A stretch of DNA of 15,729 bases from a virus (Duplodnaviria; Heunggongvirae; Uroviricota; Caudoviricetes). Position numbers and translations under genes: made by a program. The notes beneath the pieces were generated by a model. That model did no database searches. It was not told the DNA's origin and saw nothing but the letters and a program-made list of their open reading frames with translations. The DNA is taken from IMG/VR virus record IMGVR_UViG_3300020050_007388, positions 1 through 15,729 of that record; one strand, given 5' to 3'. How positions within the stretch are numbered: position 1 is the stretch's first letter; each line of letters starts with the position of its first letter. Shown piece by piece: positions 6,597 through 15,729 of the stretch.

Positions 6597-7381
6597 AAAG
6601 TTTTGTTAAAATTAATTCGCTCCTTAGTAGAATACCTAAAGTATTATTTGAAGAATCTCAGGAAGCAGATTTTATTGATTGGATGACTGATGGATTACAA
6701 CTGTTACCAAATACAATTCAGTATGAATCTAAATTAGGGTTCTTTGAATTTGCTGAAGGTAAGTTACAATTACCTAAAGAAGTTAAAAAAATTAATAGTA
6801 TTAAGTGGCAATGTTCTGAACCAACTCAAGAATGTTTGGAAGAACTTGTTACAGAAGATACCACAGATTTAGATTTAAAATGTATTAAACCATTAACATA
6901 TGGAATATGGTTGGATTCGATGTTGTATAGAAATCACTATGAAACTTTAAAGTATGCAGGTACAGACAAATCTTTAGTTAGTTATGATTGTGAATGTAGA
7001 ACTACTTCTTGCACAGAAGAATTTGTCATTACTCCAACTAAGATGATGTATCTTACAGTAGACAGTGGATACCTATGTATAAATTATGATGCTCCTGTTT
7101 GTGATGAAGATGGTCAGTTCCTTATTCCTGATGTTGCAATTCTACATGAATTTTTAGTTGCTTATGCAATCCATAAACATTGGGAGAATAGACAATTTAC
7201 AAAAGAAGAGCAAGCTGGTAATTTCTATCAACAGTATTTCCAGAAACAAGCTCTCTTATTAAGACAAGCTAAAGGGGATCATCTTTTACGTAATTTCAAT
7301 ATGTACAATGCAATGGAAATTACAGGTGGTCAATATAAAAGAATGATTCAATTACCAGAAAAGTTATTCTATGCTAGATAA
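6593..7381 (+). CDS. Tail tubular protein / ring protein 1 (P22 gp4-like, crAss-type)
   Basis: 262 aa, immediately upstream of the muzzle gene. It contains GKLQLP, a Y-x-APxxDEDGxxLIPD motif and a helical C-terminus, as seen in crAss tubular proteins. Confidence 0.7.
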   Translation: MKSFVKINSLLSRIPKVLFEESQEADFIDWMTDGLQLLPNTIQYESKLGFFEFAEGKLQLPKEVKKINSIKWQCSEPTQECLEELVTEDTTDLDLKCIKPLTYGIWLDSMLYRNHYETLKYAGTDKSLVSYDCECRTTSCTEEFVITPTKMMYLTVDSGYLCINYDAPVCDEDGQFLIPDVAILHEFLVAYAIHKHWENRQFTKEEQAGNFYQQYFQKQALLLRQAKGDHLLRNFNMYNAMEITGGQYKRMIQLPEKLFYAR

Positions 7382-10300
7382 ACAATATCCTACAGTACAC
7401 TCAAAAGGTCTGAATAAAGATAGATTGTTTCAAGATAAAGAAGATGTTACATTTGCACTTAATGCAATTAGGATAAATCATGAAGGTGGTAGGATTGAAT
7501 ATCAATCTGAACCTGGAAATGAATTATCTGCAAGTTTACCTTCAGGTTATCTTTTAGTAGGATCTATATATGGACAGAATGAAGAGGTTTACTTATTTTC
7601 CACAAATTCTACTAATTCTGAAATAGGTATATTTAAGAATGATAAGTATACAACATTGGTTAATTCTGATTGTTTAGATTTTAATCTAGAGCACCCTATC
7701 ACTGGAGAATATCGAGTTAGAAATGGTTGTGAAAGAACTATATATTGGTGTGACCATTTTAATTCAGATTACTGGTATAATATAGATGATCCTGATAGTT
7801 TTAAAACAGCAGGTGTGTTTGACTGTAATAAATTTAAACATGTACCTGTACTCTTACCTATTAAGACAGATCTAATTGGTGTAAATGATACAGGTGGTAT
7901 TTTACCACTTGGATCTTATTATTTTCAACCTGAGTATCTGGATGAGAATCAGAACTTAATTTATTCTGGAGAAATTACACCTCAAGTAATTGTTTATGAT
8001 GAAAATCAAAATATAGATTATTACAAAATAGATGGTGGATTAAATATTGAACAATATGATCCTGCAATTGGTGGAGTCCCAATTACTAGTAAATCTATTA
8101 CACTTAGATTCTATAATCTAAATACAAGTGTTAAATATTTACGAGTAAATGTATTTAGATCCATAAATGGAACACAAGCTATTGATGGTCATTCAGTAGC
8201 AACTTTAATTGAAGTTTCTTCTGATTCAATTGATTGGACTTATCAAGGATATAATGTTTCTGCAGGGGATGCTCCTATAGATGCATCTGAGAAACTTGTA
8301 GACAATACAGTATATGAATCTGCATATGTTTCAGAACAAGTTCAAGGAAGATATTTAAGAGCCAATCTTAAACAGTCAATAAGGGATTATTCTACTTATC
8401 AATCTTTTGTAAGTAAAATTACAAGTAAGTGGGTTGCGAAGACTGTTGAGATGAATAATGTAAAATATGTAGGAAATCCAAAAAATCCACAAACTTACTG
8501 GATTGGTAGAGGATTCCAAGGAGATGAAATTTATCTTCCTGGTATTCAGTTCTTACATAACTCTGGACAATGGTCACCAATCTTTCCTATAGTTGGAAGA
8601 TCTGCAACAGCTACTGATTTAGAAATACTTACGGTAGTTCCTAATAATGCTGTGCTTGGACCTTTAGATGTTTGGTTATCTGATGTAGAACATTTAGGAT
8701 TAGATATTAATGCACAAGTTCCTAGATGGAAAGTATTTAATACAGCTAGTATAACTTCAAGTCAAACTGCTGTATTACCTAAAACTTATGAAGGAGAGTT
8801 TTCATATTATGAATCTGAAGAAACTTATCCTGATGTAAGAGATTGTGATGACAATTTATTATGGGGAAATGATGCAGATGATAATCCAATAACTACTAGT
8901 ACTAAAGTTAGGTTAGTTAAATTTCCAGATAGAAGGTTGGTAAATCATGTTGATGGAGAATGGGCTATACCTTTTGGTATTAAGTTTGATAATATTCAGT
9001 ATCCTGATTCTTCTGTTATTGGACATAGATTTGTGTTTGCTGATAGAACAGAATTTGATAAAACTGTTGTAGACTCAGGTTGGGCAGTAACCCCATTTTC
9101 TAGAACCAGTCCTGACCAAATAACTTTAGGTTATGGAGCATTCGGTGTAGATGATAATTATAAACATTTTAATTATCCTTCTAATAATATTGGTTCACAT
9201 TATTTGAGATTTAATTCAGCAAAAACCTTATTTGATAAATCCGCATCAAACGTTAGTTACTATAAAACTAATAGGGTTAATAAATTTGAGTCAGGTACAG
9301 CAGGTACTAATGCACCATTTGATTATGCAAGAGTTGATTTAGATAATGGATTTAGATTTTATTCTGTAATCAGCCGTTTAGTTTGGACAGATGATGCATT
9401 ACCTGTTAGAACCAATCATACTGAACAACAAACTGTTTTAGTTGAACCTGGTGGAACAGTTCCTACTCAAGGATTACTTCCAACAATTGTATCTCATGAT
9501 AGATATACTGGAGATTCAATATCTTATGTCAATTATGGACTAGAGGATACAACTCCATTATTAGGTGCTCAAGTGTTTGATTGGGTAAGAACTGGCACCA
9601 GAACAGAGTTTAAGTTTCATAACTTTTATGCTTATAAAAAAACACTGGTTCAGCCTTATACCAATTTCTTAACAAGAGTTTATAAAACAATAAATCATAA
9701 TTACATTAGTTCAACTAACACTAATGATAATGAGTTTTATGGTGGAGATACTTTAATTTCTCCAACAACCACATTTAGATTGAGTCCATTACTTTTGGTA
9801 GATGAGAATGATAGTTATGCATTTACAATGATGTATAGACATCATTATGAAGAACATGATATTAATGGTGGACTAAGACATCTTGGTACAGCAAATACTA
9901 GTAAGTACTTTCAATTAAATGACCAAGACTCTTATAATTTTGACAGATTAACATTTCTTGATGATAGTGGAAATAGACAAAGAGTTGATTATGAAAATGT
10001 AATTCCTGAATACTATGCTTACAATCCAGATTTTTCTTTACGGTTTTATGAGAAAGCTAAAGTTTCACTTCCTATACAATTTAATTATTGTTCAGGGTGC
10101 TCAGGTTCATACCCAAATAGAATTATATTTAGCCCTAAGTCATTTGATGAAGAAGCTTTTGATTTATATCGTATAAATAAAATAAATGATTACATTGATA
10201 TTCCAGCACACAGAGGTGCAATAACTGGACTCAAATATCAGAACAACCAACTTTTAGTTCACACAGAAGATACCACATTTATTTTACAACCTAATCCACA

Positions 10301-11510
10301 ACAGATTAGTACAGATCAGAATACCGCTTACTTGACTACCGGAGACTTTTTAAGTATCCCACCTCAAGAACTTTTACAAACTGATACTGGAACAGGTGGA
10401 TTACAAAGTAAACAGTCAATGTGTAATACTCCATTTGGGCACTGTTGGGTGGATCAAAAAAGAGGAGAAGTATTTAATTGGAATGGTAAAATAGATATTT
10501 TGTCAAATGACGGATTATTGCAGTGGAGTAAGGAAAACATACCTTCAGAATTATTAAAAGAATATCATCGTGTTTACAACGAAGATTTTCCAATTGAATC
10601 TACATTAACTCTAAATGGTAGAGGAATTATTCTTTATTATGATCCAAGATTTAAAAGACTTTTAATTACTAAACGAGATTATTTTCCTTTAGATTTAAAG
10701 TCAACATTAACTCCTGGAGATACCAATGCAGTAATTTGGAATGGTACTCAATGGCAAGCACAACCTGTTTCAGATATAATTTCAGTGTTTCCAACAGACC
10801 CTCAGTACTTTGAGAACAAATCTTGGACATTAAGTTATGGTTTCTTGGATCAAGGTTGGACTTCTTGGCATTCATATATTCCTTGGAATGCATTTAGTGA
10901 CAGTAATAACTTTTACACAACTACATTAAACCATTCTGTTTGGAAACATTTATCTAAAACCAATTATCAAACCTATTATACAAGTAAATTTAATTTTATC
11001 ATTGAATGGATGAATTCAGATTCCATATCAAGTTCAGTATCAAATTTGTATTATGTTGGATATTCTCAAATATGGGACCCAACAAACAAACTGTTTAAGA
11101 CAGTAGATACAACTTTTGACAAAGCTATGATTTATAATTTTGAACAATCTTCGGGTTTACAGAATCTAATTTTAGATACTCAAAATGGAGCATCTCCTTA
11201 TGGAAATAACTCCTTAGCTAGTGGGTCCAAGTATGTTATTAAAACAGACCAAACTTATAAGATTGCAGGAATATATGACATGGCTATTAACCAACCTGTT
11301 ATAACAAAAGACTGGTCTCAAAAACAATTATTCTCTGGTTATATAGATGTAGTTCCAAATACTCCAAATATCAACTTTAACAAAAGTCAATATGATTGGG
11401 GTAATATTTGGGATAAGTTTGTATTCGTAAGATTATTTTATAAACCTGTTGCAGATCACAGAAAATCTGTACTTTTACAAGTATTAAATAACCATCAATC
11501 AATAAGATGA
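7371..11510 (+). CDS. Tail stabilization / muzzle protein (P22 gp10-like, crAss-type)
   Basis: 1379 aa, beta-rich. It begins with KGLNKD...FALNA...EPGN, contains FQGDEIYxxGIxF and IxFSxxSFxEE..D.YR, and has a C-terminal SWTLSY...WTSWHSYIP. Size and position match crAss muzzle proteins. Confidence 0.85.
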   Translation: MLDKQYPTVHSKGLNKDRLFQDKEDVTFALNAIRINHEGGRIEYQSEPGNELSASLPSGYLLVGSIYGQNEEVYLFSTNSTNSEIGIFKNDKYTTLVNSDCLDFNLEHPITGEYRVRNGCERTIYWCDHFNSDYWYNIDDPDSFKTAGVFDCNKFKHVPVLLPIKTDLIGVNDTGGILPLGSYYFQPEYLDENQNLIYSGEITPQVIVYDENQNIDYYKIDGGLNIEQYDPAIGGVPITSKSITLRFYNLNTSVKYLRVNVFRSINGTQAIDGHSVATLIEVSSDSIDWTYQGYNVSAGDAPIDASEKLVDNTVYESAYVSEQVQGRYLRANLKQSIRDYSTYQSFVSKITSKWVAKTVEMNNVKYVGNPKNPQTYWIGRGFQGDEIYLPGIQFLHNSGQWSPIFPIVGRSATATDLEILTVVPNNAVLGPLDVWLSDVEHLGLDINAQVPRWKVFNTASITSSQTAVLPKTYEGEFSYYESEETYPDVRDCDDNLLWGNDADDNPITTSTKVRLVKFPDRRLVNHVDGEWAIPFGIKFDNIQYPDSSVIGHRFVFADRTEFDKTVVDSGWAVTPFSRTSPDQITLGYGAFGVDDNYKHFNYPSNNIGSHYLRFNSAKTLFDKSASNVSYYKTNRVNKFESGTAGTNAPFDYARVDLDNGFRFYSVISRLVWTDDALPVRTNHTEQQTVLVEPGGTVPTQGLLPTIVSHDRYTGDSISYVNYGLEDTTPLLGAQVFDWVRTGTRTEFKFHNFYAYKKTLVQPYTNFLTRVYKTINHNYISSTNTNDNEFYGGDTLISPTTTFRLSPLLLVDENDSYAFTMMYRHHYEEHDINGGLRHLGTANTSKYFQLNDQDSYNFDRLTFLDDSGNRQRVDYENVIPEYYAYNPDFSLRFYEKAKVSLPIQFNYCSGCSGSYPNRIIFSPKSFDEEAFDLYRINKINDYIDIPAHRGAITGLKYQNNQLLVHTEDTTFILQPNPQQISTDQNTAYLTTGDFLSIPPQELLQTDTGTGGLQSKQSMCNTPFGHCWVDQKRGEVFNWNGKIDILSNDGLLQWSKENIPSELLKEYHRVYNEDFPIESTLTLNGRGIILYYDPRFKRLLITKRDYFPLDLKSTLTPGDTNAVIWNGTQWQAQPVSDIISVFPTDPQYFENKSWTLSYGFLDQGWTSWHSYIPWNAFSDSNNFYTTTLNHSVWKHLSKTNYQTYYTSKFNFIIEWMNSDSISSSVSNLYYVGYSQIWDPTNKLFKTVDTTFDKAMIYNFEQSSGLQNLILDTQNGASPYGNNSLASGSKYVIKTDQTYKIAGIYDMAINQPVITKDWSQKQLFSGYIDVVPNTPNINFNKSQYDWGNIWDKFVFVRLFYKPVADHRKSVLLQVLNNHQSIR

Positions 11511-12652
11511 TTAAAAATAAACAATTAGAAAATGCACTATTGCAAACTGGTGTATCACTTATTCCAGGGGTTGGACAATTTCTAGCCCCATTAGTAGGTG
11601 CTTTAAACCAACCTGATTCACCAGTTGTAAAAAAAGCTGCTCCAAAAAATGTTTCTAATAATCCATACGGAAAAATTGACACATTGATTACACCAGACCA
11701 GGTCCCTCCTGCTGAAGCAAACCCTTTTGTTAATAACCCTATGGCCGAACCTAATGTCCCATTGGCCCAACCCAACATGTTTGTTGATAATACCCAACCA
11801 CCTATGCAATTAGATCCATTACCAGCATTTAGTAATTTTACAATTGGAGATGGTGGTAATAGTGTTTTAACTGGAGATCCAACACAAGTAGTTCCAGAAC
11901 AAGAATTAACATTAGGGAAGAACTTATTGGATAGTCCTGTAAATACTTCTTTTACTGGAAAGACTCCATCTTTAAATGTTGATAGAGGATTTGATGGTAA
12001 TACAGCCAATGCAATTGGATTAGGCTTAAAAGGAATTGCTTTAGGTGGATCTATTGCAGATGCTTTAAAACCTGCAGTAGACGAGAAACTTATATTACCA
12101 AATTATGGAAAATCTGATGCGGATCTACGAGCTGCAAATATTGACTTTACACAACAACGTCAAGACGCAGTAGGAATAAGTAATATTGGAGCAAACACAA
12201 ACAGGTCTATGAGTAACAGTGTTTCAAGCTATATGGGTAGAGAACAATCTAGGCTTGCACAACTTCAAGACGCTATAGGGAGAATTGGAGAATCTGAAAA
12301 TTTAGCTAAGTCTAATCTTTATTTACAAAAGGGTCAAATAGAAAATAGTCGTGCATTAGATACTGCAAATCGTAAGTTCCAAAATGACCAGAACAATCAA
12401 CAAAATGATGCAATGAGCAGATATGCAGATAGAATTTTGAGTTCAGATTTAGCTAGTATAGGAACTGCATTTAACAACTTTGGTTCTACCCAGCAGATTA
12501 ATGAGAACAATAAAAGTCTTAATAAGTTTCAAACTAGTCAACAGATTCAAATTTTAAACGCAAAGTACCCGAATTTTAAAATAGATGGTGAGGTAATGAA
12601 ATTAATAGAATCTGGAGCAAGTATTGATGACATAGTTAAAATGAAAAACTAA
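11507..12652 (+). CDS. Putative ejected cargo (DNA-delivery) protein
   Basis: Directly follows the muzzle gene. It has Gly-rich hydrophobic segments (LLQTGVSLIPGVGQFLAPLVGAL; AIGLGLKGIALGGSIADAL), a Pro/Asn-rich spacer and an N/Q/A-rich helical C-half. It contains no Cys, His or Trp. Confidence 0.65.
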   Translation: MIKNKQLENALLQTGVSLIPGVGQFLAPLVGALNQPDSPVVKKAAPKNVSNNPYGKIDTLITPDQVPPAEANPFVNNPMAEPNVPLAQPNMFVDNTQPPMQLDPLPAFSNFTIGDGGNSVLTGDPTQVVPEQELTLGKNLLDSPVNTSFTGKTPSLNVDRGFDGNTANAIGLGLKGIALGGSIADALKPAVDEKLILPNYGKSDADLRAANIDFTQQRQDAVGISNIGANTNRSMSNSVSSYMGREQSRLAQLQDAIGRIGESENLAKSNLYLQKGQIENSRALDTANRKFQNDQNNQQNDAMSRYADRILSSDLASIGTAFNNFGSTQQINENNKSLNKFQTSQQIQILNAKYPNFKIDGEVMKLIESGASIDDIVKMKN

Positions 12653-13293
12653 TGAAATCTGGAGTATATCAAATTAAGAACGTGTTAAACGATAAACTTT
12701 ATATTGGCTCTTCAAAAAATATTGAAAATCGTTGGAGAGAACATCTTAGAGATTTACAGAAAAATAGACATCATTCTAAATATTTGCAACGAAGTTGGAA
12801 TAAGTATGGAGAGTCTAATTTTAAGTTTGAGGTGTTAATATATTGTGAACCTGTAAAAAAGAAACTTCTTTCTATAGAACAGCAATACATTGATCTTAAA
12901 TCTGATTATAATATATCTAAAGTTGCAGGCAGTCGTTTAGGAACTAAAGCTTCTGAAGAGACAAAAAGAAAATTGTCTGAAATTGGAAAAAATAGAAAAT
13001 ATACTCAAGAGCAAATTGATACTCAAAGAGGTAAACGATATAGATCAGTTCTTCAAATTTGCCCGAACACATTCCAGATTATAAATAATTATAAATCTTT
13101 AGTAGAAGCATCTAAGAATGCAGGGTGTGCTGCACAATCTATTTCACATGTTGCATCAGGAAAAAGATTTCTGGCAAATGCTTATACGTGGCTTTATGAA
13201 AAAGACTATAGTTTACAACTTCTTTTTAAAAGAAAGGAACATTATGATAATAGATATATTAACCGATCTAAATCGCAAAGAATATGCCAATAG
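12652..13293 (+). mobile_element. Free-standing GIY-YIG homing endonuclease with NUMOD3-like and NUMOD1/IENR1-like DNA-binding modules
   Basis: SGVYQI..VLNDKLYIGSS..I..RW..H (GIY-YIG plus catalytic Arg), EQQYID (metal-binding Glu) and YNI, then SEETKRKLSE (NUMOD3-like) and SVLQ...YKSLVEASK..G...ISHVASGKR...YTW (NUMOD1-like). Confidence 0.92.
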
Positions 13294-15729
13294 GAAAATA
13301 TGATAGATTTGTAAACAAGGATTGGGGGTGGTCAACTCCCATTACAAAGTTGCCAACATTAGATGTTACTGGATTTAATGAAGTACTATCTCAAAATCAA
13401 CAACAGTTTGACCAAGTAGGTTTGCTTTCAGAGAAAAGACCTCAAGTATTAAACAACGAAGCTGATTTACAGTTATATCAAAGTTATAAAGCTGATGTTG
13501 ATAAAGGGTTAAATGAAGTAACTCAAGCTTATGCTCAAGGTCCATCTAAAGGTCAAATAGCATATAAAAATTATTTAAACCAGATTAGAAAAGATTGGTC
13601 ACCCGGTGGTAGAGCTGATATACTTAATCAAAGATACACAGGTTACCAACAAGCTTTAAAGGAAACTGATGATTTCTATAAAGATGATTCTAGTCCAGTA
13701 AATAAAACTCTGGCTAAGATGAATCTTCAGAATCAATTGAAAGCTCCTATTAATTTTGACCCTGCCACAGGTAAGTTTAATTCTATTTCTAAACCAGAGT
13801 TTTATAAGAATCCTAATATTAATGAGAGAATTGACAACATGCTTAAAGAGATTATGGAGAATGGTGATACTCAATTCTTAGGTGGTCTCAATAAAAGTTC
13901 ATGGATTCAAAAGATTAAAACTGAAACCAGAGAACCTGAAAGAATCAAGTTAGCATTTCAAGCTTTAAGCCAACAACCTGAATACGCTAGTCAAATTCAA
14001 AGAGATGCTGATTACAGATCTATGACAATTGATCCTGATAAACACAAAGCTTTATTTGAATCAACTCAGAAAGCCAGTTTAGATCAATTAACTAAAGACG
14101 CCGAATCTGCAAAAAAAGATAAACAAGCTACTAAAGAATGGCAGAATCTATTGAGACAGCAAGGCTATAATGTGGAAGTTGATGGAGACTTTGGCGCATT
14201 AACACAAAAGGCTACCAATGATCTTTTAGAAAAACAAAAGAATTCAGTTAACTCTAATATCTCAGAATATGATTTTAAAAATCAAATGAGAAATGAAGTA
14301 TCTAATTCTTATTTAGGTTACGCATTAAGAGGAGCTTATAAAAAGACAGACAAAGATCTTGTTCTTAATAAAGCTAAATTTGAATTGATGGATTATGCAG
14401 TTAAGAAAGAAGCTAATAGTATTGCTATGTGGGCAGCACAAATGGAGTTCGCTCCTAAACCACAAGCTAACACAACCGCTGTATCTGGATTGGCTCAACA
14501 GTTACCTGAGATTCAAACATATCATAAAGACATAAAGGATAAACTAGCCAATACTGAAAAACAAATAGATCAAGCTTTAGCTAAATCTAAAACGTTTCAA
14601 GGTTGGACTAAAGAGAATGTTGCTGAAGCTTATAACACTTGGAATAAAGTTCAAGGTTCAACACCTGAAGAAAAGAAAGCTAATTATAAAGCTCTCTTGG
14701 CTCAGAAGTCTAGTTATCCTTTTAACGATCAACAAATCGATGCTTTGTTTAATGAAATGAATGGTATTGGTGATGGTGTAATTAAAACTACTTTAAAGAC
14801 TTTAGGTGATTTACAATCTGAAGTTAGTAGAGTGGAAGAAGGTCAAAGCCAAATTGCTAGTCAGTATATTCAAACAGAAGAAGGTAAAAAGAATCTTTTA
14901 AAATTAGATCCTTTTAGACAACCTGGTGAAACAGATGATCAATTAGCTAGTAGAGCACTTAGAGATCCTCAGAGTTTTGAATCTAAAGTTCCTGGTGCAG
15001 TAGATCGAGCAAGAGCTTATAATCCTGCAAACTGGTTTACTGATAAAAAAGATTTTAAAAATCCTTGGAACGTTGCTAATCAATTTGTGGATCAACAGAA
15101 TGCGGATATTAAAAAACAACAAAAGAACGGTAAATCGTATGACTGGGGTTCTTTAGGTACATTTGAAATCTATGCTAATAGTGGAGATGAAACACTCAAA
15201 CCTACATTTGATGGCATTAGTCAAGCGTTAGAAACTGGTACAGGTAATAACTTTACTTCTTTTGGTAAAGCAGGTGTTACTTATAAAAATTTAGATGGTA
15301 GTGAAGCAACAGCTGGTAAGTCTAGAAAAGTAAAAAACATTACTGCTATTACTGGTCCAGGTGGAGTACCAATGCTTAGAGCAGGTATGACCATTACAGA
15401 TAATAACGGTAAAACAAAAGATGTTTATACAGACATTAATGTTGTACCAGGATCTGTTGAAAGTGTTCAATTAATGGAAGGTGCTAGAAAAGCTTATGTT
15501 GAAAAACTTCAAGCAGAAGGGCCAATAGCAGCTCAACCTTATTTGCATTATGTTGAAGCTTTACAAGGTAAGAGTCATGAATCTGTAGCAGCTGCGGATA
15601 TTACACTAAATAAATTAGATCTTAATAACACTAAATCGGAACCCATATTCATTCAGAATGGTTATGACTCACAAGGTAATCCTGTTTTAACTGACATTAG
15701 AACTATGGGTTGGCAAGTATCTAACTTAG
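13284..15729 (+). CDS. Large putative cargo/ejection protein (partial, >815 aa; absent from the ORF track)
   Basis: ATG 13284 (MPIGKYDRFVNKDWGWSTPITKLP...) stays open to the end of the window in my manual translation. The protein is Q/K/A/N-rich and helical, has no Cys, and contains a PG-binding-like motif at aa ~286-310. I saw no DxDxD polymerase motif in the visible part. Confidence 0.8.
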   Translation, partial: MPIGKYDRFVNKDWGWSTPITKLPTLDVTGFNEVLSQNQQQFDQVGLLSEKRPQVLNNEADLQLYQSYKADVDKGLNEVTQAYAQGPSKGQIAYKNYLNQIRKDWSPGGRADILNQRYTGYQQALKETDDFYKDDSSPVNKTLAKMNLQNQLKAPINFDPATGKFNSISKPEFYKNPNINERIDNMLKEIMENGDTQFLGGLNKSSWIQKIKTETREPERIKLAFQALSQQPEYASQIQRDADYRSMTIDPDKHKALFESTQKASLDQLTKDAESAKKDKQATKEWQNLLRQQGYNVEVDGDFGALTQKATNDLLEKQKNSVNSNISEYDFKNQMRNEVSNSYLGYALRGAYKKTDKDLVLNKAKFELMDYAVKKEANSIAMWAAQMEFAPKPQANTTAVSGLAQQLPEIQTYHKDIKDKLANTEKQIDQALAKSKTFQGWTKENVAEAYNTWNKVQGSTPEEKKANYKALLAQKSSYPFNDQQIDALFNEMNGIGDGVIKTTLKTLGDLQSEVSRVEEGQSQIASQYIQTEEGKKNLLKLDPFRQPGETDDQLASRALRDPQSFESKVPGAVDRARAYNPANWFTDKKDFKNPWNVANQFVDQQNADIKKQQKNGKSYDWGSLGTFEIYANSGDETLKPTFDGISQALETGTGNNFTSFGKAGVTYKNLDGSEATAGKSRKVKNITAITGPGGVPMLRAGMTITDNNGKTKDVYTDINVVPGSVESVQLMEGARKAYVEKLQAEGPIAAQPYLHYVEALQGKSHESVAAADITLNKLDLNNTKSEPIFIQNGYDSQGNPVLTDIRTMGWQVSNL

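Larger units (their letters stand above)
1..15729 (+). other. Segment of a crAss-like (Crassvirales-related) phage genome: lysis, tail and cargo module
   Basis: Gene order ring protein - IHF/HU-like - tail tubular (P22 gp4-like position) - ~1380-aa stabilization/muzzle protein - N/Q-rich cargo proteins matches the conserved crAss-like tail module as I recall it. All genes are co-oriented and overlapping, there are two free-standing homing-type nucleases, and no host housekeeping genes are present. Confidence 0.85.

Noticed and set aside
7371-11510. Intein or intron in the large muzzle gene
   Set aside because: The ORF is continuous and of the expected size, with no intein splice motifs (C/S...HN) or LAGLIDADG block recognised.
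11377-12009. 210-aa antisense ORF
   Set aside because: It is a shadow of the cargo gene. In this register antisense stops need Tyr, His or Gln codons preceded by a suitable pyrimidine, and the sense region is nearly free of Tyr and His. No motifs are visible.
1163-12661. TAATGAATCTG at starts 1165 and 6099, and TAATGAAATCTG at 12652
   Set aside because: Largely explained by TA+ATG plus common A/T-rich second codons. It is too short to distinguish from chance without a genome-wide count.
153-13293. Stop-codon reassignment (TAG=Gln or TGA=Trp), known in some crAss-like phages
   Set aside because: Long genes are intact in code 11. TAG and TGA both end genes at coupled junctions, and read-through of the TAGs at 155, 904 and 2743 hits another stop soon after.
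112-13874. Other short minus-strand or nested ORFs (112-303, 1335-1718, 3934-4152, 5608-5838, 10669-10893, 11618-11809, 13118-13303, 13656-13874)
   Set aside because: All lie largely within well-supported + strand genes and show no family motifs or expression signals.

Overview
AT-rich (roughly 30% GC by eye), entirely + strand, almost gap-free segment of a crAss-like (Crassvirales-related) podophage genome, read in standard code 11. The host is probably Bacteroidota, given a TAnnTTTG promoter element and no Shine-Dalgarno motifs. In order, the window holds: the 3' end of a Gly-rich tail-fibre-type gene; a small gene with its own promoter and terminator; a probable lysis block (two single-TM coiled-coil proteins, a DUF5675 His/Cys enzyme with an amphipathic tail, and a helical-repeat protein); two Cys-rich probable tail-hub proteins; a non-structural island (HTH-metallophosphoesterase with a Cys in place of the first metal-ligand Asp, an endonuclease VII-type HNH nuclease, and a PD-(D/E)XK nuclease); the crAss-type tail core (ring protein, IHF/HU-like protein, tail tubular/ring protein, 1379-aa muzzle/stabilization protein); a probable ejected cargo protein; a free-standing GIY-YIG homing endonuclease; and a >815-aa cargo-like ORF (13284 to window end) that is missing from the supplied ORF track and carries a peptidoglycan-binding-type motif. 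All family assignments come from motif recognition and gene order, not from database searches.
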